Origin: Eukaryota sp. GEM-RC1
Taxonomy: Eukaryota
Assembly (NCBI GenBank): GCA_040285855.1
Contig: JAUFOQ010000016.1
Coordinates: 3,224,001-3,288,000, forward strand
Direction of reading: 5' to 3'
Length of the DNA stretch: 64,000 nucleotides
Below are positions 1 through 13,199 of this stretch, piece after piece. Numbering within the stretch: position 1 is the first letter of the stretch; every line of letters begins with the position of its first letter. Made by a program: the position numbers and the translations under genes. Under the pieces are notes generated by a model. The model was not told where the DNA came from. It was given only the letters and a program-made list of their open reading frames with translations, and did no database searches.

Positions 1-869
1 ATTACTGTGGATGTTTGCAAAAGAGGGCATTTAAGGATGCTAACAATGAAGTGTCTCCACTTGATTTTTCAGAACAATACAAGAGAAACAAATATGATGT
101 TCCCTTGACTACTCTCAAACATTCTAGACATGTTGAGTACGAATTTTGTCCTATTGCCATTTCAATTTATGTTCGACTTGGGAAAGAAGCTCTTTGTTTT
201 CTCTCTGATGTTGAGATAGTTGTAAAAAAAGAATGAACAAGAAATTTGACTTTCAGTTTTGCTTGACTTGTATTGTTCATCAAAGGATTTGGCTTACATC
301 TAGATTGAAGAGGTTTAATTTATTGCACCTTTTGAGACTATACGAGCAATTTCTGCAGAAGCTGCCACTTTGAATGAAGAGATGGGTTTAAATCTAAATA
401 TTGAAAAGTGTTTCGTTATAGGAAAAAAACCTAATTTATTAACAATTCGTTCAATTGAAGTACTAGTACCTTTTATTAATTATGTTTCTGATTTCTTGAT
501 TGTTTCTTATTTTTTTTTACCAAAGCAAACTTTTATGGAACAAAAACACTAAAATTAAAAAATTGTTTCTTATTGGTAAAGAGAAGCATGTTGTCAAAAA
601 TCTTGATGATTACTTGATTTAGATTCAACAAGAGTTGGATAAAATCAAAGTTCTTGAAATTAAAAACACTTAAAGTTCTTCATGCTCTAAATTTGCTATT
701 CTGGTTTTAATCAATTTGAAGGGCAGATGTTCAGTTGCTTTGATTAACCAAATTCGACAGATTTATGGATTGTTGTCCAAAGATCTTCAATGGATCACAA
801 CATTTTAGGACTTGCATTCATGATGCTGTCATAGATCAAATTCATGCAATGTGTAAGTCCTACAAAATC

Positions 870-2877
870 CCTTTCTTCTGATGTTTTCTTCAATGCGGTT
901 GAAAATAATTGCATTTTCAATTTGGATTTTAAGAATGCTTTTAATTCTGTTAAACGATCTGCCATTTGTTCTGAATTGGAAAAGAGTTTTCCAGAATTAG
1001 GTACCTTTTTCATTGTTTTTATGGTCACTCTTCTGACTTAGTTTTTAATTCATTTGTTCTTAATTCTGTTTCTGGTGTTAAACAAGGAGATCCTCTTGGT
1101 CCCTTCTTTTTTTGTTTGGCTATTCATCCAATCCTGAAAAAACTCAAAGAAGAACATGCAGACTTAGAAATCGTAGCTTATATGGATGACATTTCTTTTA
1201 TTGCTCCTATGTCAACTCTTCGTATTATTGCGAATCAGGCTGCTGATTTGTACGATGCTATTGGACTTCAATTAAATGTGCAAAAATGTTTTTTGATTGC
1301 CAAGGTACCTGTAACTTTAATTGTTAATTCTTTAGAGGTTCCCTTTGTGAACTATTTATCTTCAAGCTTTAGATTTCTAGGTTGTTATCTTGGTTCACAT
1401 GACAACATTGTTAAAGATCTGAATGTATATTTGGATTCAATGCGAAAAGAATTAGATCAAATTAAGGAATTACAATTGGAAAAACATCTCAAATTCTTTA
1501 TGCTAAAAATTTGTTATTCAGGAAAAGTTACCCATCTGCTTCGATCTCTCCCCCCTGTACTTACCTATAACTTCTGTAGAAGCTTTAACAAAATTCGTAC
1601 TGACTTTCTTGCATTTTTGTTATCAGTGGATCCTGCTGCTTTGAACAATCACATCTTCTCAGATCCTCATCTTGGTGGTATTGGTTTCACTTCGTCTAAA
1701 TGGTGGACCAAATCTGCTTTCATTGGTGGTGGTAAGAATTTTGTCTTTGAGTTCTGTAGACGGTACCCAAGTCAAGAAAATCTTCTTGTTTCGACAAGTA
1801 GTTTTTTCTTGGTAAATTTGAGATCAGAATTGTCACTAATTTCACCTGACCTCTGGCAAACTTGTTTTCCAGCAGATATTTGTGAAATTCCAGAACGATG
1901 TGTCACCTCGTTAAAATTTGCTCTTAAGAAACTCCAAAAACACCTTTTAAAACATTTTGAATGTCTGGATTTTAAAATTCGACTTGGCTCGGCCAAAGAA
2001 AAAAATCCAGCTTTCGCAAATTTTTTAATCGATTTAAAGGACAGTTCTTCAGTTGCTTTGATTAACCAAATTCCTCAGATTTATGGTTTGTTGTTGAATG
2101 ATCATCAATGGACTACAACATTCAGACTTCGATGTTTCTTGTGGCCCTCTAATTTACCCAATGATCTTCAATGCAAATGTGGTAAATTAGTTACTTTTTC
2201 TCACCTTTTGAGTTGCAATCGTTTCATTACTTATAGAACTTGTATTCATGATGCTGTTAGAGATCAAATTCATGCAATGTGTAAGTCCTACAAAATCGAA
2301 TCTTTCGTTGAGCCACTGTTGAGATCACTGGAAATCAATAATTCAAAAAATAGTGATTCTGATAAGACTTTTGGTAAACGAAGAGCTGATGTTATAGTTC
2401 CATCAGTTAATGATGAACTAACCGTTGTTGATGTGATTACTGTGGATGTTTGCAAAAAAGTGCATTCAAGGATGCTAAAAATGAAGTTTCTCCATTGAAT
2501 TCTTCAGAACAATACAAGAGAAACAAATATGATGAACCACTGACTGCTCTCAAACATATTAGACATGTTGAGTACAAATTATGTCCTTTTGCAATTTCAA
2601 TTTATGGTCGACTTGGTAGAGATGCTCTTTGTTTTCTCTCTGATTTTGAGAAAGTGGTCAAAAAAAGAATGAACAAGAAATTTGATTTCAAATTTTGGTT
2701 GAATCGTATTGTTTTTACAATATTTAAAACAATTCCTATCATGATTTCAAAAGCTCTATTAGCTCTCAGTGTTTTTTATGAAGAAAAAAGCTGATGTGAG
2801 TTTTAATGGCAATGATTGTTGCTTTAATGATATTGAATTCTAGTATTTGTGTTTATTTTAATGTTTTTAATAAAGAA
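870..2877 (+). mobile_element. 5'-truncated CRE-like RLE non-LTR retrotransposon, family A
   Basis: 8-bp TSD acaaaatc at 862-869 and 2878-2885. It starts mid-RT and has AATAAA at 2869-2874 just before the TSD. Confidence 0.9.
871..2843 (+). pseudogene. Family A RT + CCHC zinc finger + RLE endonuclease ORF (5'-truncated, 2-3 frameshifts)
   Basis: LDFKNAFNS, GVKQGDPLGP, AYMDD, RFLG, GGIGF, CKC-x7-H-x3-C, IHDAVRD, VEP, RADVIVP..VVDVITVD, EQYKRNKY, CPFAISIYGRLG. Covered by ORFs 844-1041, 1116-2498 and 2450-2794. Confidence 0.88.
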
Positions 2878-2928
2878 ACAAAATCGAATGTTTGAAATCA
2901 ATAATTTAAAAAATAGTGATTCCGATAA

Positions 2929-2991
2929 AATGTGTATTTTATGTTATAAATTAAGGAAATTCAAACAACTAGTACTTAAAAGATATTAAAA
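2929..2991 (+). mobile_element. 63-bp insertion, probably the extreme 3' end of a non-LTR retrotransposon
   Basis: Flanked by a 14-bp duplication agtgattc(c/t)gataa (2915-2928, 2992-3005) that is single in other monomers. AT-rich, ends with ATTAAAA. Confidence 0.6.
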
Positions 2992-5158
2992 AGTGATTCT
3001 GATAAGTTATTTTGGTAAAGAACAGCTGATGTGATCGTTCCATCAGTCAAGGATGAACTAACGGCTGTTGACGTGATTACTGTGGATGTTTGCAAAAAGG
3101 GCATTTAAGGATGCTAACAATGTCTCCACTTGATTTTTCAGAACAATACAAGAGAAACAAATATGATGTTCCCTTGACTACTCTCAAACATTCTAGACAT
3201 GTTGAGTACGAATTATGTCCTATTGCCATTTCAATTTATGTTCGACTTGGTAAAGAAGCTCTTTGTTTTCTCTGATGTTGAGATAGTTGTAAAAAAAGAA
3301 TGAACAAGACATTTGACTTTCAGTTTTGCTTGACTTGTAATGTTCATCAAAGAATTTGGCTTACATCTAGATTGGGGCGTTTCCTTTATTGCACCTTTTG
3401 AGACTATACGAGCAATTTCTGCAGAAGCTGACACTTTGAATGAAGAGATTGGTTTAAATCTAAATATTGAAAAATGTTTCGTTATAGGAAAACAACTTAA
3501 TTTATTAACAATTCGTTCAACTGAAGTACCTTTTATTAATTATCTTCCTGATTTCTTTATTTTTTCTTATTTTTTTCCAAAGCAAACTTTTATGGAACAA
3601 AAACACTAATATTACAAAATTGTTTCTTATTGGTAAAAAGGCAAAGTTCTGGAAATTAACAACTCTTAAAGTTCTTCATGCTCTAAATTTGCTATTCTGG
3701 TTTTAATCAATTTGAAGGACACATGTTCAGTTGCTTTGATTAACCAAATTCGACCAAATTCGGGATTGTTGTCCAAAGATCTTCAATGGATCAGAACATT
3801 TTAGGACTTGCATTCATGATGCTGTCATAGATCAAATTCGTACAATGTGTAAGTCCCACAAAATCGAATCTTTGAAATCGATAATTCAAAAATAGTGATT
3901 CTGATAAGAGTTTTGGTAAAGAACGGCTGATGTCATGGTTCCATTAGTCAATGACGAACTAACGGCTGTTGATGCGATTACTGTGGATGTTTGCAAAAAA
4001 AGGGCATTTAAGGATGCTAACAATGAAGTGTCTCCACTTGATTTTTCAGAACAATACAAGAGAAACAAATATGTTGTTCCCTTGACTACTCTCAAACATT
4101 CTTGACATGTTGAGTACGAATTATGTCCTATTTCCATTTCAATTTATGGTCGACTTGGTAAAGAAGCTCTTTGTTTTCTCTCTGATGTTGAGATAGTTTT
4201 AAAAAAAGAATGAACAAGAAATTTGACTTTCAGTTTTGCTTGACTTGTATTGTTCATCAAAGGATTTGGCTTACATCTAGATTGAAGAGGTTTAATTTAT
4301 TGCACCTTTTGAGACTATACGAGCAATTTCTGCAGAAGCTGCCACTTTGAATGAAGAGATGGGTTTAAATCTAAATATTGAAAAGTGTTTCGTTATAGGA
4401 AAAGAACCTAATTTATTAACAATTCGTTCAATTGAAGTACCTTTTATTAATTATCTTTCTGATTTCTTGATTGTTTCTTATTTTTTTTTTACCAAAGCAA
4501 ACTTTTATGGAACAAAAACACTAAAATTCCAAAATTGTTTCTTATTGGTAAAAAGGCAAAGTTCCTGAAATTAAAAACACTTAAAGTTCTTCATGCTCTA
4601 AATTTGCTATTCTGGTTTTAATCAATTTGAAGGACATATGTTCAGTTGCTTTGATTAACCAAATTCGACACCAAAGACCTTCAATGGATCACAACATTTT
4701 AGGACTTGCATTCATGATGCTGTCATAGATCAAATTCGTACAATGTGTAAGTCCCACAAAATCGAATCTTTGAAATCAATAATTCACAAATAGTGATTCT
4801 GATAATAGTTTTGGTAAAGAACGGCTGATGTCATGGTTCCATCAGTCAATGACGAACTAACGGCTGTTGATGCGATTACTGTGAATGTTTGCAAAAAGGG
4901 CATTTAAGGATGCTAACAATGTCTCCACTTGATTTTTCAGAACAATACAAGAGAAACAAATATGATGTTCCCTTGACTACTCTCAAACATTCTGGACATG
5001 TTGAGTACGAATTATGTCCTATTGCCATTTCAATTTATGTTCGACTTGGTAAAGAAGCTCTTTGTTTTCTCTGATGTTGAGATAGTTGTAAAAAAAGAAT
5101 AAACAAGACATTTGACTTTCAGTTTTGCTTGACTTGTAATGTTCATCAAAGAATTTGG

Positions 5159-8100
5159 TAATTTTTTTTTGCTTCCTGTTCCATGGTCTCAATTTTGTCA
5201 AAACCTGCCAAGCCTCCTCCTAAAAAGGCAGGCTTCCGTCGTTTACCTAGAAAGTGTAGTGTTTGCTCGTCAACATGTCACGATAAGCGAAACTGCCCTG
5301 CTCGAAAAAACATGGATGATAGAGCTCTTTCTTTGTCTAAGTCACATGAGCATCTGCTTGCTTCCGATGTTCCGCTCTTTGATGCTACTTCTGCTGATTC
5401 TCCCTCCTTACTTTCTTCTGGTGTTTCTGCTCCCATTTGTCCTTTTTGTCGGTCTAATGCTCTGGGGAAAAACTCTGCTGGCAGACCCCTGCTATGCTGT
5501 GTGTCTTGTACTCCCTCTGACCCTGTTCGTCCTCCTTTGCCAATTCCTCTATCCATTCATCCCTCGGTGGGTTCTTCTTTAGTTTCTGCTGTTAGAGCAA
5601 TTACTTATCCTTTACGTAAGGGTTCGTGGAATCTCTCTCCTCTTTGGCGTTATTTTCTTTCCCGAGCAAAGAAGGTCAGAAACAAGTCTGTTTCCTCGTC
5701 ATCTAATTCGGATAAAACCAAACGTAGTCTCTTCAGATCTCTTGTTTTTAGGGGCCAGTTCTCTTCGGCTTTATCTGTTTTGGATGGAACCTCCATTGCT
5801 GAGAACAGTATTGATACTGTTCACAAACTTGAACTGTTGCATCCTCTTGAAGAACCTTTAAACTATTCAAGTAATACTTCCAATTATTGGATTGATTCAC
5901 CCATAAGCTCTGAGGAAGTTTTACTTGCAATTCATAAATCAAGATCTGGAAAAGCAGCTGGTCCTTCTGGTCTTAGCTTCGACCATTTAAAGTTATGTGT
6001 CAATCATTGCCCTGAAATTGCTGATGATTTAGCTGTTTTTTTCAATCTTGTAATGTTGAATCCAGCAAAATGTCCTGATGATTTAAAGACTAGTCGGTTA
6101 GTTGCTTTAGATAAGCCTGGTGGTGGCGTTAGACCAATCGCTATTGGTGAATGTATTTCAAGATTGTTAGCATCGATCTGTTTTGGTAGAATCAAATCGA
6201 AGGCGATTGAATTCTTTCGACCATTTCAATATGGAATTGGAATTGTGGATGGCACTAATTGTGCTTGTCTAACAACTGATCTATTTTTGAATGATGATGT
6301 TGATAATTTTGTGTTAAACGTTGATTACAAGAATGCTTTTAATTGTGTTTTTAGATCTGCAATTTATGATCAACTGGTGGAGCATTTTCCTGAACTTGTT
6401 CCATATTTTGAAGCGTTTTATGGAAGTCCTACTGATTTGATTTTTAACGAATTTTGTTTGAAATCGTCTCGTGGTGTGAAGCAAGGTGATCCTCTTGGCC
6501 CTTTTTCTTTTTTGTTTGCCTTTGCAGAAAGTGTTACGAGTTTTCCATAGTGAGTTTCCAGGTATAATGATTAATTCGTATGCTGATGATACTTCTTTGG
6601 TTGGCAAAATGCATACTTTGGAAACCAAGTTTTGCTCGATTTGTTGATCTTTCTGGTCAAATTGGTTTGACAATCAATTTGAGCAAATGTGTTGTTATTG
6701 GTCGGGTGGATGACACTGTTTTGCATGAAGGTGTTGCTATTCCTTTTATTAATTATTCTTCTGATTGTATCAAGTTTCTTGGAAACTTTATTGGCAATTC
6801 CTCTCAAATTGTGAGTATGCTGGAGAAGAAGATTGATTCTCTTGATCAAAAGTTGAGAAATGTGTTAGATTTGAATGTAGGTAAACAAGTATCCTTTGCC
6901 ACTTTGCAAGTTTGTTTTGCAGGTAAAGTCAATCATTTTTTACGTGGGTTACCTCCTGAGCTTACGGTAGACCTTTCTCGTCGTTTTAACGCTCTGAGAA
7001 CAGAGTTTTTGTCAGAGCTGGTAGAGTCGAAAAAGCTTTCCATTCATCGTCATTCATTTGCTGCTGTGAGATTTGGTGGAATTGGTTTTCCAAGGCTCGT
7101 TATATGCGTGAAGGTGCCTTTTTAGGATGTTTGAAGAATCTGCTGTATGAATTTAAGTTACGTTATCCCTTACTTTGGTCTAATGAAGATCTCATTCGAT
7201 ATTCGCCTTGTCAATGGCTTATATCACTTCAAAATCTTGTAGATGGTATGAACCCTGATGTTTGGGAATCCTTGTTCCCTGCATCTGTGACGGAAACACC
7301 TCAACGTACGCTTTTTTCCCTTCCTCTTGGTGTTAGAAAATTTCAGAAGAAATTTGTATCTTTCCATGAGAGCTTGGACTATACTAACTGCATTAGCTTG
7401 GCTAAAGTTAAAAGTCCCGCTTTCTGTGCATTTTTACAAGACATGAGTAGTGATTCAGCATCTACTTTCATTACTCAATTGCCAGGGAGATTTATTTTTA
7501 ATCTAAAAAGATCATGAATGGCTTGTTAACATGAGACTTCGTTTAGGTTTTTGGCCATTTGGTTTGTTACAGAACAGCACGTGTATCTGTAAAAACAAAC
7601 ATAAGGCTAGCTTTCATCATTTGGTCAATTGTTCAAAGTTCATATATTGTCGTTCAATTTTGCACAACAGTCTTCGAGATACATGTTTGGAAATGTTTAA
7701 GGCAAATGGTTTCCATGGCAAAGTCGAACCATTACTTTCTCATCTTTCAGATCACCCTGATTCTACTCAGAAACGTGGTGATTTTATTGGCCCTTGGTTG
7801 TCATGCCAAGAAATTGTTGTTGATTTTACGACCGTTGATCCTTGCAAAGCTTCAGCTATTGCCAACATTTTGAATCCCTCAAATGATCCGCTGAAAGACG
7901 CTGAGAACGCCAAAGTGTCTAAGTATGGACATCAAGTTGCTGCATTGAATTCACGAAGACACAATAATATCGTCTTTCAGCCTTTTGCAGTTTCATTGTA
8001 CGGAAATTTCGGTTCTTCTACCAAGGAGTTTTTAAGTTTATTTGAAAATTTGTGTTCAGAACTTGGCAAGAAGTTTAACAGATCGTACTGGAAGAGTAAA

Positions 8101-8279
8101 TTTGCTTTTTTCGATTTTTAGGTCTATGTATAGATATGTTGATTCCATTTTGTCCAAGTTGTTTGGAGGCAACTACTTTTCGGAATTAGGTAGTTCGTTT
8201 GATAATTTGTTTTAATAGTGTTTATCTATTTGTACTTAACTTATTCATGTGTTTTTCTCCGCACATAAATCCGTTTTTT
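5159..8279 (+). mobile_element. CRE-like RLE non-LTR retrotransposon family B, apparently full-length, copy 1
   Basis: 10-bp TSD aagaatttgg (5149-5158, 8280-8289). The empty site is seen at 3350-3359. It carries a single long RT-RLE reading frame. Confidence 0.93.
5183..8215 (+). pseudogene. Family B ORF, about 1010 aa when frameshifts are bridged: CCHC knuckle, C4 zinc motif, RT, CCHC finger, RLE
   Basis: CSVCSSTCHDKRNC; CPFC-x16-CVSC; LHP; GKAAGPSG; RLVALDKPGGGVRPIAIGE; QYGIG; VDYKNAFN; GVKQGDPLGP; SYADD; KFLG; GGIGF; CICKNKHKASFHHLVNC; LHNSLRD; VEP; RGDF..VVDFTTVD; AENAKVSKY; FQPFAVSLYG. Frameshifts are mostly in homopolymers. Confidence 0.9.
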
Positions 8280-10083
8280 AAGAATTTGGCTTACATCTAG
8301 ATTGGGGCGTTTCCTTTATTGCACCTTTTGAGACTATACGAGCAATTTCTGCAGAAGCTGACACTTTGAATGAAGAGATTGGTTTAAATCTAAATATTGA
8401 AAAATGTTTCGTTATAGGAAAACAACTTAATTTATTAACAATTCGTTCAACTGAAGTACCTTTTATTAATTATCTTCCTGATTTCTTTATTTTTTCTTAT
8501 TTTTTTCCAAAGCAAACTTTTATGGAACAAAAACACTAATATTACAAAATTGTTTCTTATTGGTAAAAAGGCAAAGTTCTGGAAATTAACAACTCTTAAA
8601 GTTCTTCATGCTCTAAATTTGCTATTCTGGTTTTAATCAATTTGAAGGACACATGTTCAGTTGCTTTGATTAACCAAATTCGACCAAATTCGGGATTGTT
8701 GTCCAAAGATCTTAATGGATCAGAACATTTTAGGACTTGCATTCATGATGCTGTCATAGATCAAATTCGTACAATGTGTAAGTCCCACAAAATCGAATCT
8801 TTGAAATCGATAATTCAAAAATAGTGATTCTGATAAGAGTTTTGGTAAAGAACGGCTGATGTCATGGTTCCATCAGTCAATGACGAACTAACGGCTGTTG
8901 ATGCGATTACTGTGGATGTTTGCAAAAAAAGGGCATTTAAGGATGCTAACAATGAAGTGTCTCCACTTGATTTTTCAGTACAATACAAGAGAAACAAATA
9001 TGATGTTCCCTTGACTACTCTCAAACATTCTAGACATGTTGAGTACGAATTATGTCCTTTGCCATTTCAATTTATGGTCGACTTGGTAAAGAAGCTCTTT
9101 GTTTTCTCTGATGTTGAGATAGTTGTTAAAAAAGAATGAACAAGAAATTTGACTTTCAGTTTTGCTTGACTTGTATTGTTCATCAAAGGATTTGGCTTAC
9201 ATCTAGATTGAAGACGTTTCCTTTATTGTACCTTTTGAGACTATACGAGCAATTTCTGCAGAAGCTGCCACTTTGAATGAAGAGATGGGTTTAAATCTAA
9301 ATATTGAAAAGTGTTTCGTTATAGGAAAAGAACCTAATTTATTAACAATTCGTTCAATTGAAGTACCTTTTATTAATTATCTTTCTGATTTCTTGATTGT
9401 TTCTTATTTTTTTTTACCAAAGCAAACTTTTATGGAACAAAAACACTAAAATTCCAAAATTGTTTCTTATTGGTAAAAAGGCAAAGTTCCTGAAATTAAA
9501 AACACTTAAAGTTCTTCATGCTCTAAATTTGCTATTCTGGTTTTAATCAATTTGAAGGACATATGTTCAGTTGCTTTGATTAACCAAATTCGACACCAAA
9601 GACCTTCAATGGATCACAACATTTTAGGACTTGCATTCATGATGCTGTCATAGATCAAATTCGTACAATGTGTAAGTCCCACAAAATCGAATCTTTGAAA
9701 TCAATAATTCACAAATAGTGATTCTGATAATAGTTTTGGTAAAGAACGGCTGATGTCATGGTTCCATCAGTCAATGACGAACTAACGGCTGTTGATGCGA
9801 TTACTGTGAATGTTTGCAAAAAGGGCATTTAAGGATGCTAACAATGTCTCCACTTGATTTTTCAGAACAGTACAAGAGAAACAAATATGATGTTCCCTTG
9901 ACTACTCTCAAACATTCTAGACATGTTGAGTACGAATTATGTCCTATTGCCATTTCAATTTATGTTCGACTTGGTAAAGAAGCTCTTTGTTTTCTCTGAT
10001 GTTGAGATAGTTGTAAAAAAAGAATAAACAAGACATTTGACTTTCAGTTTTGCTTGACTTGTAATGTTCATCAAAGAATTTGG

Positions 10084-13000
10084 TAATTTTTTTTGCTTCC
10101 TGTTCCATGGTCTCAATTTTGTCAAAACCTGCCAAGCCTCCTCCTAAAAAGGCAGGCTTCCGTCGTTTACCTAGAAAGTGTAGTGTTTGCTCGTCAACAT
10201 GTCACGATAAGCGAAACTGCCCTGCTCGAAAAACATGGATGATAGAGCTCTTTCTTTGTCTAAGTCACATGAGCATCTGCTTGCTTCCGATGTTCCGCTC
10301 TTTGATGCTACTTCTGCTGATTCTCCCTCCTTACTTTCTTCTGGTGTTTCTGCTCCCATTTGTCCTTTTGTCGGTCTAATGCTCTGGGGAAAAACTCTGC
10401 TGGCAGACCCCTGCTATGCTGTGTGTCTTGTACTCCCTCTGACCCTGTTCGTCCTCCTTTGCCAATTCCTCTATCCATTCATCCCTCGGTGGGTTCTTCT
10501 TTAGTTTCTGCTGTTAGAGCAATTACTTATCCTTTACGTAAGGGTTCGTGGAATCTCTCTCCTCTTTGGCGTTATTTTCTTTCCCGAGCAAAGAAGGTCA
10601 GAAACAAGTCTGTTTCCTCGTCATCTAATTCGGATAAAACCAAACGTAGTCTCTTCAGATCTCTTGTTTTTAGGGGCCAGTTCTCTTCGGCTTTATCTGT
10701 TTTGGATGGAACCTCCATTGCTGAGAACAGTATTGATACTGTTCACAAACTTGAACTGTTGCATCCTCTTGAAGAACCTTTAAACTATTCAAGTAATACT
10801 TCCAATTATTGGATTGATTCACCCATAAGCTCTGAGGAAGTTTTACTTGCAATTCATAAATCAAGATCTGGAAAAGCAGCTGGTCCTTCTGGTCTTAGCT
10901 TCGACCATTTAAAGTTATGTGTCAATCATTGCCCTGAAATTGCTGATGATTTAGCTGTTTTTTTCAATCTTGTAATGTTGAATCCAGCAAAATGTCCTGA
11001 TGATTTAAAGACTAGTCGGTTAGTTGCTTTAGATAAGCCTGGTGGTGGCGTTAGACCAATCGCTATTGGTGAATGTATTTCAAGATTGTTAGCATCGATC
11101 TGTTTTGGTAGAATGAAATCGAAGGCGATTGAATTCTTTCGACCATTTCAATATGGAATTGGAATTGTGGATGGCACTAATTGTGCTTGTCTAACAACTG
11201 ATCTATTTTTGAATGATGATGTTGATAATTTTGTGTTAAACGTTGATTACAAGAATGCTTTTAATTGTGTTTTTAGATCTGCAATTTATGATCAACTGGT
11301 GGAGCATTTTCCTGAACTTGTTCCATATTTTGAAGCGTTTTATGGAAGTCCTACTGATTTGATTTTTAACGAATTTTGTTTGAAATCGTCTCGTGGTGTG
11401 AAGCAAGGTGATCCTCTTGGCCCTTTTCTTTTTGTTTGCCTTTGCAGAAAGTGTTACGAGTTTTCCATAGTGAGTTTCCAGGTATAATGATTAATTCGTA
11501 TGCTGATGATACTTCTTTGGTTGGCAAAATGCATACTTTGGAAACCAAGTTTTGCTCGATTTGTTGATCTTTCTGGTCAAATTGGTTTGACAATCAATTT
11601 GAGCAAATGTGTTGTTATTGGTCGGGTGGATGACACTGTTTTGCATGAAGGTGTTGCTATTCCTTTTATTAATTATTCTTCTGATTGTATCAAGTTTCTT
11701 GGAAACTTTATTGGCAATTCCTCTCAAATTGTGAGTGTGCTGGAGAAGAAGATTGATTCTCTTGATCAAAAGTTGAGAAATGTGTTAGATTTGAATGTAG
11801 GTAAACAAGTATCCTTTGCCACTTTGCAAGTTTGTTTTGCAGGTAAAGTCAATCATTTTTACGTGGGTTACCTCCTGAGCTTACGGTAGACCTTTCTCGT
11901 CGTTTTAACGCTCTGAGAACAGAGTTTTTGTCAGAGCTGGTAGAGTCGAAAAAACTTTCCATTCATCGTCATTCATTTGCTGCTGTGAGATTTGGTGGAA
12001 TTGGTTTTCCAAAGCTCGTTATATGCGTGAAGGTGCCTTTTTAGGATGTTTGAAGAATCTGCTGTATGAATTTAAGTTACGTTATCCCTTACTTTGGTCT
12101 AATGAAGATCTCATTCGATATTCGCCTTGTCAATGGCTTATATCACTTCAAAATCTTGTAGATGGTATGAACCCTGATGTTTGGGAATCCTTGTTCCCTG
12201 CATCTGTGACGGAAACACCCTCAACGTACGCTTTTTTCCCTTCCTCTTGGTGTTAGAAAATTTCAGAAGAAATTTGTATCTTTCCATGAGAGCTTGGACT
12301 ATACTAACTGCATTAGCTTGGCTAAAGTTAAAAGTCCCGCTTTCTGTGCATTTTTACAAGACATGAGTAGTGATTCAGCATCTACTTTCATTACTCAATT
12401 GCCAGGGAGATTTATTTTTAATCTAAAAGATCATGAATGGCTTGTTAACATGAGACTTCGTTTAGGTTTTTGGCCATTTGGTTTGTTACAGAACAGCACG
12501 TGTATCTGTAAAAACAAACATAAGGCTAGCTTTCATCATTTGGTCAATTGTTCAAAGTTCATATATTGTCGTTCAATTTTGCACAACAGTCTTCGAGATA
12601 CATGTTTGGAAATGTTTAAGGCAAATGGTTTCCATGGCAAAGTCGAACCATTACTTTCTCATCTTTCAGATCACCCTGATTCTACTCAGAAACGTGGTGA
12701 TTTTATTGGCCCTTATGGTTGTCATGCCAAGAAATTGTTGTTGATTTTACGACCGTTGATCCTTGCAAAGCTTCAGCTATTGCCAACATTTTGAATCCCT
12801 CAAATGATCCGCTGAAAGACGCTGAGAACGCCAAAGTGTCTAAGTATGGACATCAAGTTGCTGCATTGAATTCACGAAGACACAATAATATCGTCTTTCA
12901 GCCTTTTGCAGTTTCATTGTACGGAAATTTCGGTTCTTCTACCAAGGAGTTTTTAAGTTTATTTGAAAATTTGTGTTCAGAACTTGGCAAGAAGTTTAAC

Positions 13001-13199
13001 AGATCGTACTGGAAGAGTAAATTTGCTTTTTCGATTTTTAGGTCTATGTATAGATATGTTGATTCCATTTTGTCCAAGTTGTTTGGAGGCAACTACTTTT
13101 CGGAATTAGGTAGTTCGTTTGATAATTTGTTTTAATAGTGTTTATCTATTTGTACTTAACTTATTCATGTGTTTTTCTCCGCACATAAATCCGTTTTTT
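10084..13199 (+). mobile_element. Family B retrotransposon, copy 2 (ORF 10107-13135 with frameshifts)
   Basis: Near-identical to copy 1, with the same aagaatttgg TSD and the same flanks. Confidence 0.93.

Noticed and set aside
5139..5582. Hydrophobic 147-aa overlapping ORF as a separate ORF1 or membrane protein of B
   Set aside because: It starts in the flanking satellite, crosses the TSD, and is an off-frame reading of TCT/CCT-rich codons.
6480..7520. Programmed ribosomal frameshifting in the B ORF
   Set aside because: The breaks fall inside conserved RT motifs and differ between copies, which fits indel error or decay better.
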